NCBI RefSeq assembly: GCF_001194135.2 | Contig: NC_068985.1 | Coordinates: 11,902,883-11,941,601, forward strand | Direction: 5' to 3' | DNA length: 38,719 bases | DNA from: Octopus bimaculoides | Lineage: Eukaryota | Shown: positions 34,184-38,719 of the stretch, one piece after another | How positions within the stretch are numbered: position 1 is the stretch's first letter | Layout: each line of letters begins with the position of its first letter | Made by a program: the position numbers and the translations under genes | Notes under the pieces: generated by a model | What the model saw: the letters and a program-made list of their open reading frames with translations, nothing else | What the model was told of the DNA's origin: nothing | The model's database searches: none

Positions 34184-34611
34184 TTTTTTCTACTCTAGGC
34201 ACAAGGCCCGAAATGTTTGGGGAGGGGGCCATCGATTACATCGACCCCAGTGCGCAACTAGTACTTAATTTATCGACCTCGACAGGATGAACGGCAAAGT
34301 CGACCTCGGCGAAATTTGAATTCAGAACATAAAGACAGACAAAATACCGCTAAGCATTTCGTCCGGCGTGCTAACGTTTCTTATTTCTTTACTGCCCACA
34401 AGGGGCTACACACAGAGGGGTCAAACAAGGACAGACAAAGGGATTAAGTTGATTATATCGACCCCAGTGCGTAACTGGTAATTATTTAATCGACCCCGAA
34501 AGGATGAAAGGCGAAGTCGACCTCGGCGGAATTTGAACTCAGACCGTAACGGCAGGCGAAATACTGCTAAGCATTTCGCTCGGCATGCTAACGTTTCTGC
34601 CAGCTGACCGC
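34184..34611 (-). mobile_element. Two tandem SINE family B copies
   Basis: 34381-34611 (complete head, gtgggcagtaaagaaataa tail) directly abuts 34184-34380 (short 5' loss, gtgcctagagtagaaaa tail). Confidence 0.8.
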
Positions 34612-35733
34612 TTTTCAAGGTACATTAAAACATTCATAATTGCTTCTGGTATTTCTCATTTTCCCCGTGCACACGGTGTAATGATGAAAGTAACAAGTGT
34701 AATGGGACTAAATGGAATGACCCGCTTACGTTGGATAATAGATTGTATATTATGGATGTAGGAAATAAGTCAATGAGTATAATTCAATTAGTGAGTCATA
34801 TATCGTTATTAAATTTGACGGTGATAATGGAGAAAATTTATGTTCACACTCTAATACTCCTAGTTTATGCTGATAGCAAGTTATCTTGCTTCTATCTGTC
34901 ACTAGATTTCTCGCTTTCAAGTATGTGAATATACGCATATGTGTGAGCGTGCGTATGCTTAAATGTGTTCACATGCGTCTCCATTTGATCGTACTAGTTT
35001 GTGTGTGCACACGTTTGTTCTCTCTTTCAGCTCTATTACAATATTACAATTCTTGTTTGGATATGGTAAGCGTTTGCAACCAATGAATTTTATTTTAATA
35101 TCTCATCTGTAAAACATTGGTATTACGAGAAGAGCATACGTACAGGTCTATCTTTCCTAAACTTGATGTTTATCGACTGTGGTGGTCTGGTGTGTTGCTG
35201 TGATATTCCAATGCAACATATGTGTATTTTGTAACTAGATCGGTTGATTTACCATATGTTATGCTCGATCTAAATAAATACTACTTTCGTCTGTTTTGTA
35301 GTTACTCCGTTTCGTCGCTAGTTGCTTGCCTCCAACGCATTCAGCGAATGAATGCATTCGGATGTGCTTTGTAAATGTGCGTATGAGTCTGAATCTGCAT
35401 AAATGTATGTGGATATGGGTGAAGCCTATTGCAAAGATTATGACGGGGGAAGTCTCTGTGTAGTTGCTCTATTTTCTGACATAGTTGTGTGCTGCGAGGA
35501 ATAAAGTAACCCGACCGCTTGTAACATTGACATGGATTATGGTGTCCACACTTTTCTTCAGACAATTCTGAAACATAAGTCAACTGCGAATGCAAATGCA
35601 ATAAGAGATTAGTCAGAATTTTGCATAAGGATCATGACGTCAAAAAGATATAGTAACGACTATTTTTTATAATTGTGATTGTTGTTGTAGAAGCGTGGTG
35701 GAAGTAGTAGTAGTTGTAGAAATGATATTTTCG

Positions 35734-35818
<85 letters not shown>

Positions 35819-35904
35819 ATAGTAGTATTAGTATTATTAAAACGAATGGGATGACAAAATCGTTAGCAAGTTGGAGAATCTGTTGAGTGGTATATTTTAC
35901 TTTA

Positions 35905-36012
35905 TCTTTACATTCTCAGTTCAAATTACACCGGAGTCAACTTTGCCTTTTAAAATTACCGAGGTTTATAAATTAAGCGTAGGTTAAGCGACGGGGTCGA
36001 TTATGTTGACTT
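35905..36012 (+). mobile_element. Old SINE family B fragment
   Basis: ttctcagttcaaattacaccggagtcaactttgcctt...ggggtcgattatgttgac. Confidence 0.55.
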
Positions 36013-36879
36013 ATGAATACCCTAATTTCCACCGATTTTTTCTAAGCATCCACTTGCTACTGGACAAGCTCAAGAAAGAAGAAACATGTATTTGGCAATA
36101 CTTTACGATTTTCGTTTCCTGCTGATGTATTTCGGTGATTTTTTACACATCACGTTCAGAAAACATGATTTCTGAAGACGAATACATGTGATACTTTTGT
36201 ACCATCGGCATTGTTCGTGAGATTGACTGACAGTGTGATAGAGCGTTTGTCTGTGAGAACCGCCACAAATATTAGAGGTCTTTGATGGATACCTCTGAGA
36301 ATTTATGTTTCCACAGAGAGGGAAACATTGGCTGCACTGGTCTAGCTTCTGCCTATTAAAAGTCAGGAAGCTACACTCCTGCAATTCCGGTGGTACCGTA
36401 TTCACATATATTATGACATGTCATCCGTTTATATGTCTCTCTTTCTCCCAAGTTAAAAAAGGAAAAAGAAATGCAAACACTTCTATGCTATATGGATCCA
36501 ATAGCGAATTGATAGATGAGTTTTATTTATGGGACGACATAAATGAAGTAGGAAATAGTAGATTTGATAACATTGGGGAGTGGCATAGGTGTGTGCTCCC
36601 AACAAGGGAACAACAAGAGATAATATATACGTTTGAACACAGTTTTGTTGGGAGTTGGACTATGACAGGGATTTATTACCAAATTACACGACTTATGACA
36701 GGTTATAGGAGGAAATGGGTTTTCATACGCTAGAGGGATCAGGTTTTAAAAAAGTAGAAAGTGAGACTGCTCATAAGTGGGGCGAGTGGTTGCATTTCCA
36801 TTTTTTTCATTTGTCATTGTCATTCATATTATCAAATCTTCATTTCATTGTTATATGTCAAACATGTCTTGTACTGCCC

Positions 36880-37290
36880 TGTCTATTTGCGCCCCTTGTG
36901 GGTAATAAAGATACAAACCTTTTCGAAGGCCGTAGCTAACTCAAAATATATTACGTCTGCATTTGAGTGTTTGAACTGTTCTTTCAGTACCCAGTCATAA
37001 TACTGTAATAACCGCGTGAGACAACTTAGTTGCTAACATGTGAGGCACGAGAGACAGTCCTGTAATTTTTAGTATCTCCTCTGCTTCCTTTTTCGTTTAA
37101 TATTGTGAAAATCGTATTACATGCAATGAAACTCTGAATATTTTGCTGCATTGAATTTGCAAGAGCTTTCTTGCGCGTCCTTAAAGGAACAGCAGGAAAT
37201 ACGTCTGGCCCCGTTTCTGAGTACATCTCTTCAATGGCCGATATCTTCTGCCTTTATGACGATGTATACGATGTTCGACACATGCATACT
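36880..37290 (-). pseudogene. CR1/L2-type LINE reverse transcriptase fragment
   Basis: ISAIEEMYSETGPDVFPAVPLRTRKKALA, KGSRGDTKNYRTVSRASHV and DVIYFELATAFEKV match the GPD, KG.R.D..NYRPVSL.SH and DVIYLDFAKAFDKV RT motifs in order. Confidence 0.75.
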
Positions 37291-37399
37291 AATATATGCG
37301 TATATTTCTCCTTTCTCACTGTATCAATGTGTAAACACGAACGTAAACATATTCATATACATATATATATACTTAAAAACATACATATATTTCTATCTT

Positions 37400-37447
<48 letters not shown>

Positions 37448-37808
37448 AGTTATAGATAGAAGGATATATAGATACATATATACATAAATACATACATACA
37501 TATATACATGTAGATAGATACATAAAAAACATACACACATATAAAGACACAGATGTGCGTGTGTACTAATATGCAGATACAGAAACAAATATTAAGACGG
37601 GTATATGTTTAACTATACGGGCCATTTAAATTTTACAATTTCCTTTAACATCCTTCATATCATGTGTTCTTTATAATTTAAATTATATTACATTTGAAAT
37701 ATTGAAACGAAATGTAAGAAGTGACAAGAGAATAATACATAAATAATATATCCCTATATATATATATATATATGCGAAGCACATATTTTTTCTATCTATA
37801 TATATATA

Positions 37809-37856
<48 letters not shown>

Positions 37857-37961
37857 GATATTATATGTTGTTATATAGATAAATAGATGGGAAAATATAT
37901 GGCTGCGTGCGTATTTCTGCATAAATGGACGAATTTCTGCATATATATATATATTTATGTG

Positions 37962-38088
37962 CAAGTAGCTTGCTTACCAACCACATGGTTCGACTGCGTG
38001 GCACCTTAGGCAAGTGTCTTCTACTACAGCTTCGGGCCAACCAAAGCGTTGTGAGTGGATTTGGTAGACGGAAACTGAAAGAAGCTTG

Positions 38089-38119
<31 letters not shown>

Positions 38120-38501
38120 CGAAGAGCTTTCAGTTTCCATCTATCAAATCCACTCACAAGGCTTTGATCGGCCCGAAGCTATAATAGCTATATATGTATG
38201 TAGGAGGAGCACTCCATCAGTTACGACGAAGATAGTCCTAGCTGATACGATCAACGGAACCGCTTCCACGTTAGATTAACGTGGCTCGGCACTCCACTGA
38301 CACATGTTCCCTTAATCAGCCTGATATAAAGTTTCACAAGGCTGGCCCTTTGAAATAGAGGAGCTGCTCACTTTTGCCAGCTTGGTGAAATAACGCGGCT
38401 TGGTCAAGGGCAGAAGACGTCGCCGGGTATTGAACTCGCGACCTTACAATCATGAGCCGAATGCCCTACCCACTAAGCCAGGCGCGTTCACTATATATAT
38501 G

Positions 38502-38550
<49 letters not shown>

Positions 38551-38719
38551 TTGTATGTCTATATTTATCTCCCCACCATTGATTGACAACCGACGTTTTT
38601 GTGATTACGTCACCGTAACATTAGCGGTTTGGCCTTAGAGACCGATAGGATAAGTACTAGGCTTACAAAGAATAAGTCCTGGGTTCGATCTGATCCAGCA
38701 ACGCCGGTTCTCGAGCATA
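37962..38719 (+). mobile_element. SINE family A split at its central (TA)n by an inverted duplication and a nested SINE
   Basis: 5' half at 37962-38090 and 3' half at about 38492-38719 (running off the window), with 38121-38491 inserted between them. Confidence 0.75.
38201..38491 (-). mobile_element. tRNA-derived SINE, family C
   Basis: Minus strand head gcgcctggcttagtgggtagggcattcggctcatgattgtaaggtcgcgagttcaatacccgg (A and B boxes), followed by about 230 bp of body. Confidence 0.7.

Noticed and set aside
35341-35601. Cys/His-containing 86-aa minus-strand ORF
   Set aside because: No recognisable domain spacing and no convincing donor site.
36150-36290. Minus-strand DKRSITLSVNLTNNADGTKVSHVFVFR resembling pogo DDE_1
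   Set aside because: Single short motif with no flanking support or TIRs.
37147-37280. Plus-strand CCIEFARAFLRVLKG resembling a CHAP amidase motif
   Set aside because: The opposite strand is better explained as CR1 reverse transcriptase with several ordered motifs.

Overview
AT-rich, microsatellite-dense animal genomic DNA with 8 assembly gaps. The SINE families and repeat landscape suggest Octopus; this is an inference from recalled families, not a database search. Most of the window is intergenic or intronic sequence filled with decayed mobile elements: four tRNA-derived SINE types, RTE, CR1 and R4/Dong LINE fragments, two Penelope-like (PLE) ORF remnants, a Gypsy pol fragment, a Tc1/mariner transposase relic and four non-autonomous DNA elements. 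Two things stand out. (1) A short repeat (tRNA-like head, (AAT)n, minimal type I hammerhead ribozyme, A-rich tail) occurs in five full or partial copies, with compensatory base changes in hammerhead stem II. Two further hammerhead-like motifs of other families are present. (2) Remnants of a HOIL-1/RBCK1-like gene on the + strand: an intact ubiquitin-like (UBL) exon at 19535-19784, a plausible upstream exon at 10344-10378, and a degenerate, out-of-frame NZF exon with the HOIL-1-type tail YQIPYSY. No RBR exons were found. All protein-family calls come from manual translation and motif recognition.
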